64,000 nt of DNA from Azolla caroliniana (lineage: Eukaryota; Plantae; Polypodiophyta): positions 5,146,001-5,210,000 of the forward strand of contig JBHGNT010000012.1 in the NCBI GenBank assembly GCA_043228905.1, read 5' to 3'. The translations under genes and the position numbers were made by a program. The number at the start of each line of letters is the position of its first letter. The first letter of the stretch is position 1. The notes beneath the pieces were generated by a model. That model made no database searches, was not told the DNA's origin, and worked only from the letters and a program-made list of their open reading frames with translations. This document shows, one piece after another, positions 1 through 12,295 of the stretch.

Positions 1-189
1 CAAGTACACAATAAAATAACGTAGAACAAGACAACTCGGATATTGATGGACACGAGGAAACAATCGAGAGGGATTGTTTTTTTACACATTGAATAAAATG
101 CGTACAATCGTTCAGTACAAAAGAAATGGAATGACGAACCCAATCAATAAATAAAGAAGAGTTTTTATTATAAAACCAGGGATAACCCA

Positions 190-1477
190 GTATTACATCG
201 GTGGTACAAAGATTCATTACATGGAAGTCTACTTCCTCTATATAAGTATCAATAGAAATTCCTAATGAATGAATCGCCCCGTTGATGTATTGTACTCTTC
301 CATCAGCCAAGTGCACCGTGTAGGTGTGATCACTTACGGTGGGTTGGATTCCCCATATCTGAACCAAACGATCATTCACAAAATTGTGTGAGCTTCCCGA
401 ATCAAATAAAAATTGTACGGGAGATCCATTGATATACTCGTTTGCACGTAGTAAATCATTGGGACCCAATACATAGTGAGGGAAAGAACATTGACAATTA
501 CTTAAATGGTGTGTATAGACCTGAAGGACATTAGGAATCTGACCTTTATGGTCTGCAGCTTTAGCTTTGTTGTCGTGCTCTTTCCGCTGGAGCTTTCGAC
601 ATTGATCTTTTGTATGACACTTCTTTTTGCAGAATACACAAAAAGGATGTTGTCGCTTACAATCGCGATCTAGGAATTCGTTGGGTGTCTTGCGTTTCCC
701 AACAAATTGCGACTGCTTAGTCCCGGGCGCTTCGTTGGGTTTGTTATGGTCCTTCTTCGAAGTGTGTTGATAGCGAAGAACTATTTCAACGGCCTCTTCG
801 AAGGATTTTGGATCCTTATCGTGCACTATCCAGTGATAGTCCGAATTGGGGATGCCATTGACAAAACAAGCTATCAACCAATTGTCCCCTTCTAGACCCG
901 ATTTTTGGATTTGGGTTCTAGCATGGTGAACATAGTCTTCTAGCGAGGAAAATTTCCTGCTAGAGAGGTTCATTAAAGCTTGTGCTGCCTCGGTTCGAGA
1001 GGGAGGTTGCAGAAATTGGCCCTTAAAAACCGTGACAAAATCTGTCCAAGTATCCAGCAATTTCCCCATAGTACGGAGGCCACGCCACCAGGCGGCGGCC
1101 TTACCCCCGAGTTCTCGGCCGACATATGCAATCTTCGTACTATCTGGCGTGGGATAGAGCTCAAAATGAGACTCCCATCGTCCCAGCCATGTGCAGATTG
1201 CTTCTTCGGTTCTTTCCTTTTTGTCTCCCGTAAATGGCTTAATGACAAATGATGGTTCACCTTGTCGCTCATCAGGTCTATTAGTCTCATGTTGTAGACT
1301 AATGACACGTGCCTCAAGTGCACTCTGAGATTGCCGAAGTTCGGTCATCTGTTGAGCGGTGAAACTAAGGTATTGGGTTATTTGTGCCAAATACATCTCA
1401 GTGGACATTTGTCCAGGAGGATTCCCTTGAGTTCCTTCCGCTTGAGCGGATGACATCGGGTCGTTAATTTGAGCCAT
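190..1477 (-). pseudogene. Gypsy gag-protease remnant (frameshifts and stops)
   Basis: Manual - strand translation gives a retrotransposon gag segment (IAYVGRELGGKAAAWW...TWTDFVTVFKGQF), a zinc knuckle CVFCKKKCHTKDQC (~600-645) and a retropepsin motif LFDSGSSHNFV (~380-412). Candidate ATG at 1477. Confidence 0.75.
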
Positions 1478-2664
1478 TAAAGATTATTTCTGGAAAAGAA
1501 ATAGGATAAGGTCAGAGATATAGTCATAACATCATGTCGTGATGTAAACATATCATGGGCGAGCATTAATCGATATCATTATCTCACGTCAATACCCCTC
1601 TAGACGTATGAGATGAGGTTCAAGATTAGGTTACTATGGTAACACAAAGGTGTTTTAAAAACCATGGGGGTGACAAATAAATGTCTTTCCCTGATCTCTA
1701 TATCGATTTTTTCATGGTGGCTCCCCGAGGCTCAACCATGTATGTTCGCGTCATGAATAGTTTATACACGAAAAAAAATGTTAACAATAAACTATGTTTC
1801 GGTGCCCACATAAGTGGTTTCGGCTCTTTAAGTCCTATTACGAGGACCCCGAGGTGCACTTAGACCTTAAGTCTAAACATGTGTTATAGTCATATGTATC
1901 AAGGATGTTGTATGGTCTTGGTCATATTTGAACTCGAGACCTCGAGAACAAATACATTAAACACTTGAGCCAACCAAGTAAGTTGCTCTTCTCGAATGCT
2001 TAATGTTTGATGCGTATAAGAGATATGCGAGGCAATTGATCATATATGTTTTTTTAAAAGAACATATATGTCAAGGGTCCTTATTTCGCCCTCATTTACC
2101 AAAACTATGTTGGTACGTTACCTATCCTCAAGTCTCGTAATTACGATGGCATACGCCAAAGTGCAACCTAATGGTGAAGCCAAATGAGCCCTTGTTTCGT
2201 AGTAGGCTCACGTGGGCCATCACATGGTCACGTCATTACGAATGCCTCTCGTAAGAACGAGCTCATGGTGGCATCGTATCCATGTAACGAGGGAGGGATG
2301 TTGGATACGTGCGTCATTGGAGCGACCTCACTTGAAGTGGGTCAAGCCCTACGTACTCAACATCATTTTGGCTATTGGCGTTTCTTTACGTAACGAAATC
2401 GAGGTCATCAACGGGGTTATCAACAATAAAAAAATGTTGAAAAAGGGATGGTGACAACGCCATTCTCACAAAAATGTAAGGACGGCCACCAACATCCTTT
2501 TCCCGACCATGACAACTTTCGATATAATCACGTAATAACGAATATACACATATGTTTACTTATCACATATATACGATCAAATACGTATATATGTGACCAC
2601 ATATGCCTATATTAAACATATCGTTATAGTAAATAGCCACAAATGATGTGATCGAGATACGTAA

Positions 2665-2925
2665 TCGAGGTATATACCTCTACGCACACGAAACATCCAC
2701 AAATAAGAGATCATCGTAATATGCAATGGAGGTATTGACCTCTTACGCATACGAGACCAAACACATATCGTTTACAACAAATCAAGGTATTAAACTCATA
2801 CGCAAACGTAACATATGTTCGTGAACGTAATACGTAATTGAGGTATTAACCGCGTACGCATACGACACTCATCACATATTATTAATATGTCAAACGAGGT
2901 ATTGACCTCGTGCACATATGTAAAC
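2665..2925. repeat. Five degenerate 54-62 bp repeats with palindromic core GAGGT(ATTG)ACCTC-TACGCATACG
   Basis: Cores at ~2667, 2729, 2783, 2840 and 2896, separated by more variable A/C-rich linkers. Confidence 0.7.
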
Positions 2926-3774
2926 GTTTTAGATAATCAATTAAAGACCACTACAACATCATTGACTTAATGAAAAAAATTACATATAAACTAAACACAT
3001 GATTAGATGGGAGAAGAGAGAATAGAAAGAAAAATTATGGAAAGAGTTACCGAAGTTCTTTGTTGATCGTTGTCTGGATCAAGGCCAACCGCACAATGAT
3101 CGATCAGCATCAATCAAAAGACAAATGAAAAACAAAGAAACATTAGTACAAAAATCTGATACCAAATATTATAGATCTAGGTACTAAAGTAAGCTTAAGA
3201 TAAGGATAAAGAAATGAAAGATAGAAAGGAGAAAGAGAAAGAAGGGTGTCGATCCACCCGACCACCCCCGAGCGAAGGGATCGAGACGGACTCGAGCCTC
3301 GATCGGCGTCCCATACCACCGCTGTGGCGTTGAGTCGTACCTGGTGCTGGCGCGCTCGCTACAAGAGTTGACCCACCACACGAGCAGAGTCTCGATGTAG
3401 TCAAAAGATGATCCAATGTGTCACGGACACACCAAGCGCGGACTAAGACGGAGCAAGGATGATGAGGCTACAACGGAGCGATGACGGAATGACGCAAGAG
3501 CATAAAGATAGAGATGAAGATTAATGAGAGAAGATGGGCGAAACGAGAATACTAGTTTGATATGTCCATGACTAGCGTTGTTCACCTTGAATTCCTTCAA
3601 GGTGAACTCAACTATTTATACTAAGTGGCATGCGTACCTGTTGCACACATGTGATACAATAGAGCATGTAGGCAGTAGGTACGCATGCATGTGCCAAGTG
3701 TTAATAATACAAGGGCGAAATTATGCACATGATGCTAGCTAAAACCTACAATGAGGAAGTATATACATGATTAT

Positions 3775-3844
3775 ATGCTAGATGTGTGGTTAACACATAA
3801 CACTCGATTACAACATGGCTATGTCAAGAGTTCGAATCTTGACA
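3775..3844 (+). promoter_or_regulatory. tRNA-like A-box/B-box module in TRIM LTR, antisense to the element (second copy 5426-5495)
   Basis: TAGATGTGTGGTTAACACAT (A-box-like, forms a D-arm-like hairpin) followed by TGTCAAGAGTTCGAATCTTGACA (B-box GTTCGAATC inside a hairpin). Confidence 0.6.
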
Positions 3845-3979
3845 TTATCCCCCCTCCAACGATGTCTTCCCAAATCGTTTGTCAGCTTAAGGGGATATTG
3901 TTGATGAAAATCTTAGATCACCTCCAAAGTATTTTGTAAACCCTAGACAAGGAGTAACCCTTCCACAAGACGAGGTATT

Positions 3980-4872
3980 TAACACCAACGGGCATGAGCG
4001 ACCATGTGTGGTCCTCGCCTAGAGCTGGAATACAAATATCAACGGGTGTGAGCGACCATGTGAAGTCCTCACGGGGAGCATGAACACCAAGGGGCATGAG
4101 TAACCATGTGGGGTCCTTGCCGAGAATCGGAATGGTCCTCGCTGAGAGTTGGAACACGAACACCAACGGGCATGAGCAACCATGTTGTCCTCACCGAGAA
4201 ATGGAACACAAACGAGTGAGCAACCGTGTGGCCCTCACCGGGAACAGGAACACGAACGGGAGTAATTGACCATGTGTGGTCCTCACCAGGAACTAGAACA
4301 GGAACAACAACAGGCATGAGGAACCATGTCGGTCCTCACCGAGATCTGAAACACAAACAATAGTTGGAGTGAGTGACCATGTGTGGTCCTCACCGGAGAT
4401 TGGAACACGAACACCAACAGACATGAGAGACCATGTTGGTCCTCGCCGAGAGTTGGAACACAAACACCAACGGGCGTGAGCGACCATGTGTGGTCCTCAC
4501 CGAGAACTAGAACATGAGCCGCAATGGGCATGAGCGACCATGTCGGTCCTCGCCGGGATGTGGAACATGAAAAATAACTGGAGTGAGCGACCATATGCGG
4601 TCCTCACTGGAGACTGGTACACGAACGGGAGTGAGCAACCATGCGGCCCTCACCAGGCACAAGAACACGAATGGGTGTGAGCGACCATGCGGCCCTCACC
4701 GGGAACTCGAACACAAACGTGCGTGAGCGACCATGCAGCCCTCACCGGGAACTCGAACACGAACATGCGTGAGCGACCATGCGGCCCTCACTAGGAACTG
4801 GAACAAGAACACCAACGGGAGTGAGCGGCCTTGTGTGGCCCTCACCAGGAACTAGAACACAAACATGAACGG
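3980..4872. repeat. Tandem array of ~18 units (46-55 bp), each a bulged hairpin GTGAG(C)GACCA-TGTG-TGGTC-CTCAC plus an A/C-rich linker
   Basis: ACCATG-type cores recur at ~4001, 4056, 4103, 4179, 4222, 4270, 4323, 4376, 4430, 4483, 4536, 4590, 4638, 4684, 4730, 4776 and 4828, plus a partial unit near 4130. Confidence 0.92.
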
Positions 4873-5056
4873 GAAAGAAACTAAAAAATAGCGACAATGA
4901 TGAGGAGAACTAAATGCCAATGAAAATTATGAGAAAAAACTAGGAGATAGAAACGACGAGGAAGATAGGAAATGAAGCGATGTTGATGATGGTATGGTGA
5001 CGATGGTAACTCTAGAAGCAAAGGCGATGACGGAGACGAGTGATGCTTCTAATTGG

Positions 5057-5067
5057 AAGGTGAACAA
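5057..5067 (-). promoter_or_regulatory. Self-priming PBS of TRIM (TTGTTCACCTT)
   Basis: Lies 2 nt from the 5' LTR. Perfect 11-nt complement of AAGGTGAACAA at 5229-5239, which starts 32 nt downstream of TATAAATA (5271-5264). Confidence 0.8.
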
Positions 5068-5703
5068 ACTGTCACGGACACACCAAGCGCGGACTAAGAC
5101 GGAGCAAGGATGATGAGGCTACAACGGAGCGATGACGGAATGACGCAAGAGCATAAAGATAGAGATGAAGATTAATGAGAGAAGATGGGCGAAACGAGAA
5201 TACTAGTTTGATATGTCCATGACTAGCGTTGTTCACCTTGAATTCCTTCAAGGTGAACTCAACTATTTATACTAAGTGGCATGCGTACCTATTGCACACA
5301 TGTGATACAATAGAGCATGTAGGCAGTAGGTACGCATGCATGTGCCAAGTGTTAATAATACAAGGGCGAAATTATGCACATGATGCTAGCTAAAACCTAC
5401 AATGAGGAAGTATATACATGATTATATGCTAGATGTGTGGTTAACACATAACACTCGATTACAACATGGCTATGTCAAGAGTTCGAATCTTGACACAATG
5501 AGGGTAGCTAGGCCTCTTATTTATAGTGATACCCAAGGCCCCCAGGCAAGTTCACACTTGACTTAATGGGTTGTCTCAATCCCGAGGATTAAAAGTAATA
5601 CTCCCCTTCTTTACACTCTCATTTAACCCTCACACTTATCCACGTGTATAGAATACTACGGTAAATTCTTACCACGGGATATTATATGGTCATGCCCGTA
5701 ACA

Positions 5704-5864
5704 GGAAATATAAGAACAATAAAGTAAAACAAAAAATTATGGTCGGACAAGAATGGCTTCCAGTTAGCAACAAATATGAACTCTTAACCTTAGAATACAA
5801 TGAAAACATAACTAATGAAAGGGAAGCAAGATCGAAGGCAAATTTGGAGAGAAACTATGTTAGA
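5704..5864 (+). mobile_element. LINE fragment (ORF1 region), contiguous with 17657 onward before Copia A inserted
   Basis: A-rich coding-like sequence (EWLPVSNKYELL), joined to 17657 through TSD GCTAT. Confidence 0.55.
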
Positions 5865-6379
5865 GCTATTGTAAAGAATCGACAGTGATTCTTGTGCAGC
5901 GGAATAGGTTAGAGATGTGTGTTATGTAGACAGAGAAAGAGAGAAAGAGGAGAGAAGAGAAACACAAGATAGATAGAATAGACAATGGAAAATACTCAAG
6001 AAGATTGTATATTACAAAGGAGATTAACCGACCTATTACAAAGTAGGAGGCGAGTGCTTTATATAGCCACTCTCTCTCTTCATTAACTATTGAAGTTCAT
6101 GAGTCATGGGGAACGTGGAAACTCATTAGTTATGTGTCATAGAATATGATTCTATGACACATAGTTAATGTGTAAAGAGTAGTGGTGTGACTTTTGAACT
6201 TTGACTGTTCATACACTCTCAAGGGCGTGTTCACACACTAGGCTAGGTTGAGCTTGATTCTCAACATGCCCCCTCAAGCTCAACTTGGGTCGGCTTGTCC
6301 GCTTCGGCTAGTACCCAATTCGAACGATATTCAGTTCTCTCTGTTTGGTGTTTGCTTCAGCTGATACCCGGTTCAGACG

Positions 6380-9300
6380 TACTCCCCCTCAAGCTTGGCA
6401 AGTCATGGATCATCAATCCAAGGTCTAACATGAATTGCCGAAGCTTGTCGACTCCTAGGGCTTTGGTGAAGATGTCGATTGTTTGAAGATTCGTGTTGAT
6501 GTGTTGAAGGTCGACATCTCTAGCCTGAACGCGCTCTCAAATGAAGTAATAATGCACTTCGATATGCTTCCTGCATGCGTGGAACACTGGGTTCTGAACC
6601 AGATGAATATTGCTCATGTTCTCACAGTAAAGGGGAATCAGATCTTTGATGGGAGCACCCAAATCCTTCAATATCCTCTTGAGCCATACGGCTTCACATG
6701 CAGCCACTGTCGCGCCCCTGTATTCGGCCCCTGTGCTCGAAAGCGCAGTGGTGGGTTGCTTCTTGCTACTCCAGGAGATGGTTCCACTTCCGAGGGAAAA
6801 GACAAAACCAGAGGTTGATCGTCGATTGTCTTTGTAGCCGGCCCAATTGGCATCTGTGTACCCTTCGAGTTGAATTAGCATGGCTGACTTATAGAGAATA
6901 CCATAGTCCATCGTTCCGCTCACATATTGTAGCACTCGCTTAGCACAATCCAAATGGATATCTCGCGGAGTTTGCATGAATTGGCTAAGGAGGCCGACCG
7001 GATAGCTAAGGTCGGGTCGAGTGATCATGAGGTAGATGAGGCTACCAACAAGTTGTCGATAGTGTGTTGGCTCACACTCTGTGGTGCCAGAATTGGCATC
7101 CAGTTTGAGGTTTCGATCAAGAGGGGTTGCCACATATTTGCACTCGGTCATCCCGAACTTGTATGACAAGTTAGGTATGTAGTGCCGTTGAGAGATCATT
7201 ACTCCGATTGGAGTCTGGATTACCTCAATGCCAAGGAAGTAATGGAGCTCTTTCATGTTTTTCATCTCGAATTTGTTGGAGAGGAGGGACTTGACCTTGT
7301 TGATGTCAACTAGATGCTCACCTCCAATGACCAGATCATCCACATATAGGATGATGACAATCGGACTTTCGGAATCACTTCTTACATAGAGAGAATTGTC
7401 AAATTTTGACATTCGGAACCTGATTCGATGAAGATATTGTGTTATCTTCGAGTGTCAAGCACGTGGTGCTTGCTTAAGGCCGTAGAGAGGCTTCTTGAGT
7501 TGGCAGACGGCTTTCGGATGAATATTGGATTCGAAGCCGGGTGGTTGTTACCATGTACACATCCTCTTCTAATGCTCCTTGAAGAAAGGCGTTCTTGACA
7601 TCCATCTGGTGGAGGTGCCACCCTTTTGCTGCAGCAAGCGTTATCACGGTCTGTGCGGTTGTCATCTTTGCCACCGGGGCAAAGGTCTCTTCATAGTCGA
7701 CTCCCTGTGTTTGTGTGTAGCCCTTTGCTACGAGTCGAGCTTTGTAGTGGTTGACGGAACCGTCAACATTATACTTCACTTTGTATATCCATTTGCAACC
7801 GATTGCCATCTTGTGCGGTGAGTGAGGGACAAGATCCCATGTCTCATTCTTGCTGAGAGCTTGCATCTCTTCGTTCATCGCTTCGACCCATCGCGGATCT
7901 TTAGCGGCTTCGGCAAAGCTCTCTGGTTCTCGAACTGCTACCACCTTCATCATAAAGGCATAGTGGTATGCCATATAGTCGTTGTAGTTGAATCGGCTAA
8001 CCGGATTCTTCTCTCAGGTGGAGCAACAAAGTTTCTCATTTGCCGATGTGAGTTATTTCTTAACTCCGGGTGACCTCAAAAGAGGCACATCAAATCCATC
8101 GAACTCACTATCGAGTGAGTGAGTCGATTCGTTGTCGTCGAAGTGATTGTCATCATATTCCGGCATTTTGGCCTTCCCTTTGTCTATCTTTGGACTTGGT
8201 AGAGATATGCTTTGGTTGTTCGGAGGCTCTTGTGGTTCGCTTAATCTAGTTGAGATCGGACTCTCTTCGAGTATTGACCTTAGTTGATCATCGTCTTCTG
8301 TGTTGTCAAGGTCGTTCGTAGATGGTTCAGGAGGAGTCGGCTCAGGTTTGTACCATGATGTCGATTCGTCAAAGATGACATCCTGACTTACACGAGCTTT
8401 CCAAGTAGAGGGGTTGAAGCACTTGTACCCCTTTTGCTCTAGTGAGTACCCCATGAGGATGCACTTCTCTGATTTTGGGTCAAGCTTCTTCCGCTTCTCA
8501 TCGGGAATGTGCACGTATGCAATGGAGCCGAATATCCTTGTATGGGATAGATCCGGCTTCTTCCCATAGTATTTCTCGTGCGGGGTGACCTCGTGCACTC
8601 CGGATGGTGTGCACCAGTTCATGAGGTAGACGTCGGTATTTGCAGCTTCTACCCAATATGACTTGGGCATATGCTTCTCATTTAGCATGGCCCTTGCTAC
8701 TTTGAGTATGTGCCGATTCTTGCGTTTGGATACACCGTTCTGTTGCAGTGTGTGTCGGCAAGTGAATTCTCGCCGAATTCCTTCTTGTCGAAGGTATGCC
8801 ATGAATGCATCGGAGAAGTATTCCCTTCCTCCGTCTGACCGAATACATCGTACATGGTGGCCAATTGTCTTTTCGACTTCACTTTTGAAGTTTTGGAAGT
8901 GTGTAAACACTTCACTCTTCATCCTCATGGGAAAGATCCATGTGTATCTAGAGAAGTTGTCAATGAAGGTAACATAGTACTGACATCCTCCGAATGTTGT
9001 TGTCTGTGCCAGTCCCCACACATCCGAGTGGACTACATCCAATAGGCCTTTGCTCACATTCCTCTCCTTCAAGAATGGGTGCCGGTGTTGCTTGCCAAAT
9101 TGGCATGCTCCACATACTCCTTCAATCTCTTTCTCTTTGAACATCGGAAGTCCAATGACGACTCCTTTCGATTGCATCACCTTGAGTTTGTTGAGATTGA
9201 TATGGCTGATTCTTTTATGCCATAGCTCTATGTCGGTGTCGGGTTTGAGGCCCTTTGCAAACATGGCCAATTTTACCTCATTCGCTTCAAGGATAAACAT

Positions 9301-10355
9301 TCGGCCTTCCCGTCAACCACAAGCAATTAGTCAGCCTTCCTTCTTGATGAAGCAACCACCTTGGTTGAATCAAACTTGCATCCCTTGCTCCACAATTTGG
9401 CCGACCGAGACCAAATTCTTTGTTATGGTGGGTACATGTAAGACGTTTTTTATGCAAGTTTGTTTGTCGTCTTTCCTGAATGGGACATTGCCGACATGCC
9501 GAATCGGATGAGTGGTGTCGTCTTTGGTCTCGACATAACCGGGTCAATCCAGCTCTTGTAAGTCTCAGAACCATTATTGATGAGACGTCATATGGTTTGA
9601 AGCACCGGAGTCGACAAACCATACATCTTCCGGATTGGAGGCATTAGTCGAAGTGGACATCAACATAGAATTTGCTCTATGTCTCATCGCGAACATTTTG
9701 CCATGGTCTTCATAGTCCGAGTTTGTGGCGTAATTTGTGAGTTGTCAATTCACGATTCTTCTTTCTTCACTCTTCTTCGTGGTGGCCGATTTTGCCACAA
9801 TATCTGCATTCGATCGAGGAATGGAAGCTCCCCCTTCTTCTGAAGGTTCCTCGATGGCTTCCGTCTTGTTGCCGAACTTGAGAGTTGTTTTCATAAGTCG
9901 GACCTCGTCCTTGGCCGAATCGGCCTCTTGCTAGGCCACGTCCTCTTCCTCCGTTTGAATGTGTGTAGAGCATGTGGCTTTCCGAGGCGTTGCTCCTCGT
10001 TCGAACATAATTTTCTTCAACCAACAACATGGATTGAAGATCAAAGAAAGAGGGAGGATTCTCCCTTGCTAGTACGACGGTCCTCATTGCACCGAACTGT
10101 GGTGCAAGGTTGCCGAGGCATATTTGCACCATCTCATCATCCTCCACATTGACGCTTATTGAGTTGAGTGAATCACAAAGCTATTTGATCTTCAAAGTGT
10201 AGCTTGTGATGGACATGTCCCATTGTTGGATGTTGTTCAACTCTTGGCGGAGTTGAAGCTTGCATGTGGTCGTATTGGCGGCGAATATCTTCCTTAGATT
10301 CTCCCATACTTCTTTTGGTCTCGTGGCTTCTTGAATGTAGTTGAGCATGTGGTCA
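6380..10355 (-). pseudogene. Copia A gag/pol remnant (gag N-terminus continues at 16848-17062)
   Basis: ORF fragments: zinc knuckle CRYCGKIGHH (9767-10147), integrase VHSDVWG...RSDGGREY...QNGVSKRKNR (8053-9300), [11 protein letters not shown] / QMDVKNAFL / LYVDD (7474-7974, 6537-7412), RNase H YTDANWAG...KHIEVHY. Confidence 0.92.
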
Positions 10356-12295
10356 TGAACTGTAGAAACAAATAGCGTGCGGAAGCAATAGAAAACAGAA
10401 AACAGAAAACAGGTTTAATGGAGAGCTTAACAGTACGCAGGAGAGACAAAGAGAGAGAGCACACAAAAACTCAATTCAAAAATACTACTCAGTCTGTACA
10501 TCGTATGTGTTTAGTGTCAACACTCCCCCTCAAGCTCAACTTGAGGTCAGATCGTAGTGTCAGTCTCCATGGCAGCCGGTCCATCCACCCGGCTCATTCT
10601 GGCGTCACTCCGCCTTGCTCGCACTCCTTGTCCGGTTCGGTCCCGTTTGCCACGACCCTTTTGTTTCTGGCCACGACCCTTTTGTTTCTGCGCATCTCGA
10701 CCTCCTTGGTCGTCTTGTCTACTCAACAAGCCCAAATCAGCTCCCTCGCTGCTGTGACTTCGGCGCTTGTCGACCCGCCGATTCCTTCATGTTGGCGTCA
10801 ACTTTTGCTGCCATCTCGTCCTCTTGGCCTTGAATTGATCTGGTTCTTCCGAATCCGTCTGTTGAACCGAATCAGTTGTCTCCGATTCGTTCCAGCTCTT
10901 GTCTGAATCAGTTGCTCCCGATTCGTCTTCCGGTTCTAGGCCCTTCACCACATCAGACCATGTCCGGGTCTTGGCCTTCTTCTTCCGGTCGGCTCTGTCC
11001 TTCTTGACTCTGCCGCCACTGCCGCTTGTTCCGACTTGTTCGGATGTGTCAACTTCCTTTGTCGACTCGGCTCCTTTCTTCTTCTTGTCTCCCCCTTTGT
11101 CGGTTCTTCCCTCACCGGCGCAATCGGCAGTCTCTTTGCCATTGCCCGTTCCAGTGTCTTTGCCCATTCTCCCCCTAAAGTGTGGCACGTTGAGATGTTG
11201 AACACCAAGCATTTCAGTGAAGTGTTGCAACTTGTCTGATCCGAGTAGTTTGGTGAAGATGTCGAAAACTTGCCAATCCGTATGAACATACCGAAGTTCG
11301 ACTTCACCGCTCAGGACACGCTCGCGCACGAAGTGGTAGTGCACTTCTATGTGCTTTGTGTGAGCATGGAATACGAGGTTCTTGGCGAGTTGCATGTTGC
11401 TGATGTTGTCACAGTAGATCAGGATCGGGGTTGGCACCTCGATCCGCAGGTCTTGCAGCAAACGCCGAAGCCAAATGGCGTCACAAGTGACAACGGTAGC
11501 GCCCCGATATTCAGCCTCAGTGCTCTAAAGGGCCCCTATTGGTTGCTTTTTGTTGCTCCACGCAACAACCGCACAACAAATGGAAAACATATAGCCAGAG
11601 GTGGATCGGTGATCCGATGCATCGTCAGCCCAATCGGCATCGGTGTAGCCGACTAGCTCTTCGGTTATACCATGTCGGTATAAAAGTCCTTGTTCCTTCG
11701 TGCCGCTCACATATCAGAAAATTCGATGCGCGCACAAAAGGTGCTCCACGGTTGGCTTCTGCATATATTGGCTGATCACGCCGACTGGATAACTGATGTC
11801 AGGTCGGGTAATTGTTAGATATATAAGGCTTCCGACAATTTGCCGGAACTGTTTCTCATCGCAGGCCGATCCGGAGTCGGGATGAAGGTTCTGGTTCCGG
11901 TACAGGGGTGTGGAGATCGGTCGGCATTCTGTCATGCCGAACTTGTACAACATATTCAACACATAGTGTCTTTGTGAGAGCAATATGCTGTCGGGGGTTT
12001 GGATCACCTCGATCCCAAGGAAATAGTGAAGGTCCCCCAGATCCTTCATCTCAAATGCGTTCGACAGTTGGGACTTGACTCGGTTGATTTCATCGAGTCC
12101 GGGTCCGGTGATGACCAATTCATCAACATACAACAAGATGCAAACCAGACCGTCCGGACCTTGCCGGATGAACAGTGAAGAGTCGGATTTGGAGGCCACA
12201 AACCCCATCTTACGCAATCGGTGCGTGATCTTCGCATTCCAAGCTCAGGGGGCTTGCTTCAGGCCATTAAGTGACTTCTTCAGCCTGCATACCGT

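Larger units (their letters stand above)
3419..5495 (-). mobile_element. Non-autonomous LTR element (large TRIM-like, chromovirus deletion derivative), very recent
   Basis: 426-bp LTRs 3419-3844 and 5070-5495 with one visible difference (3640 G vs 5291 A). TG..CA ends, TSD CAATG (3414-3418 / 5496-5500), PPT GGAGGGGGATAA next to 3844. Chromodomain remnant VKYLVLWKGY and FHQQYP at ~3890-3985. No RT or integrase core. Confidence 0.93.
1..5703 (-). mobile_element. Ty3/Gypsy LTR retrotransposon, 5' part (continues beyond window start), degenerate
   Basis: 5' LTR 3167-5703 (about 455 bp after removing the nested insertion) starts TGTTACGGG on the - strand. Met-tRNA PBS TGGTATCAGA at 3155-3164. Gag and protease remnants lie downstream on the - strand. 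Confidence 0.8.

Noticed and set aside
3980-4872. CRISPR array interpretation of the hairpin repeats (also 2665-2925)
   Set aside because: Linkers are related to each other rather than unique spacers, the repeats are degenerate, there are no cas genes, and the context is a eukaryotic retroelement.
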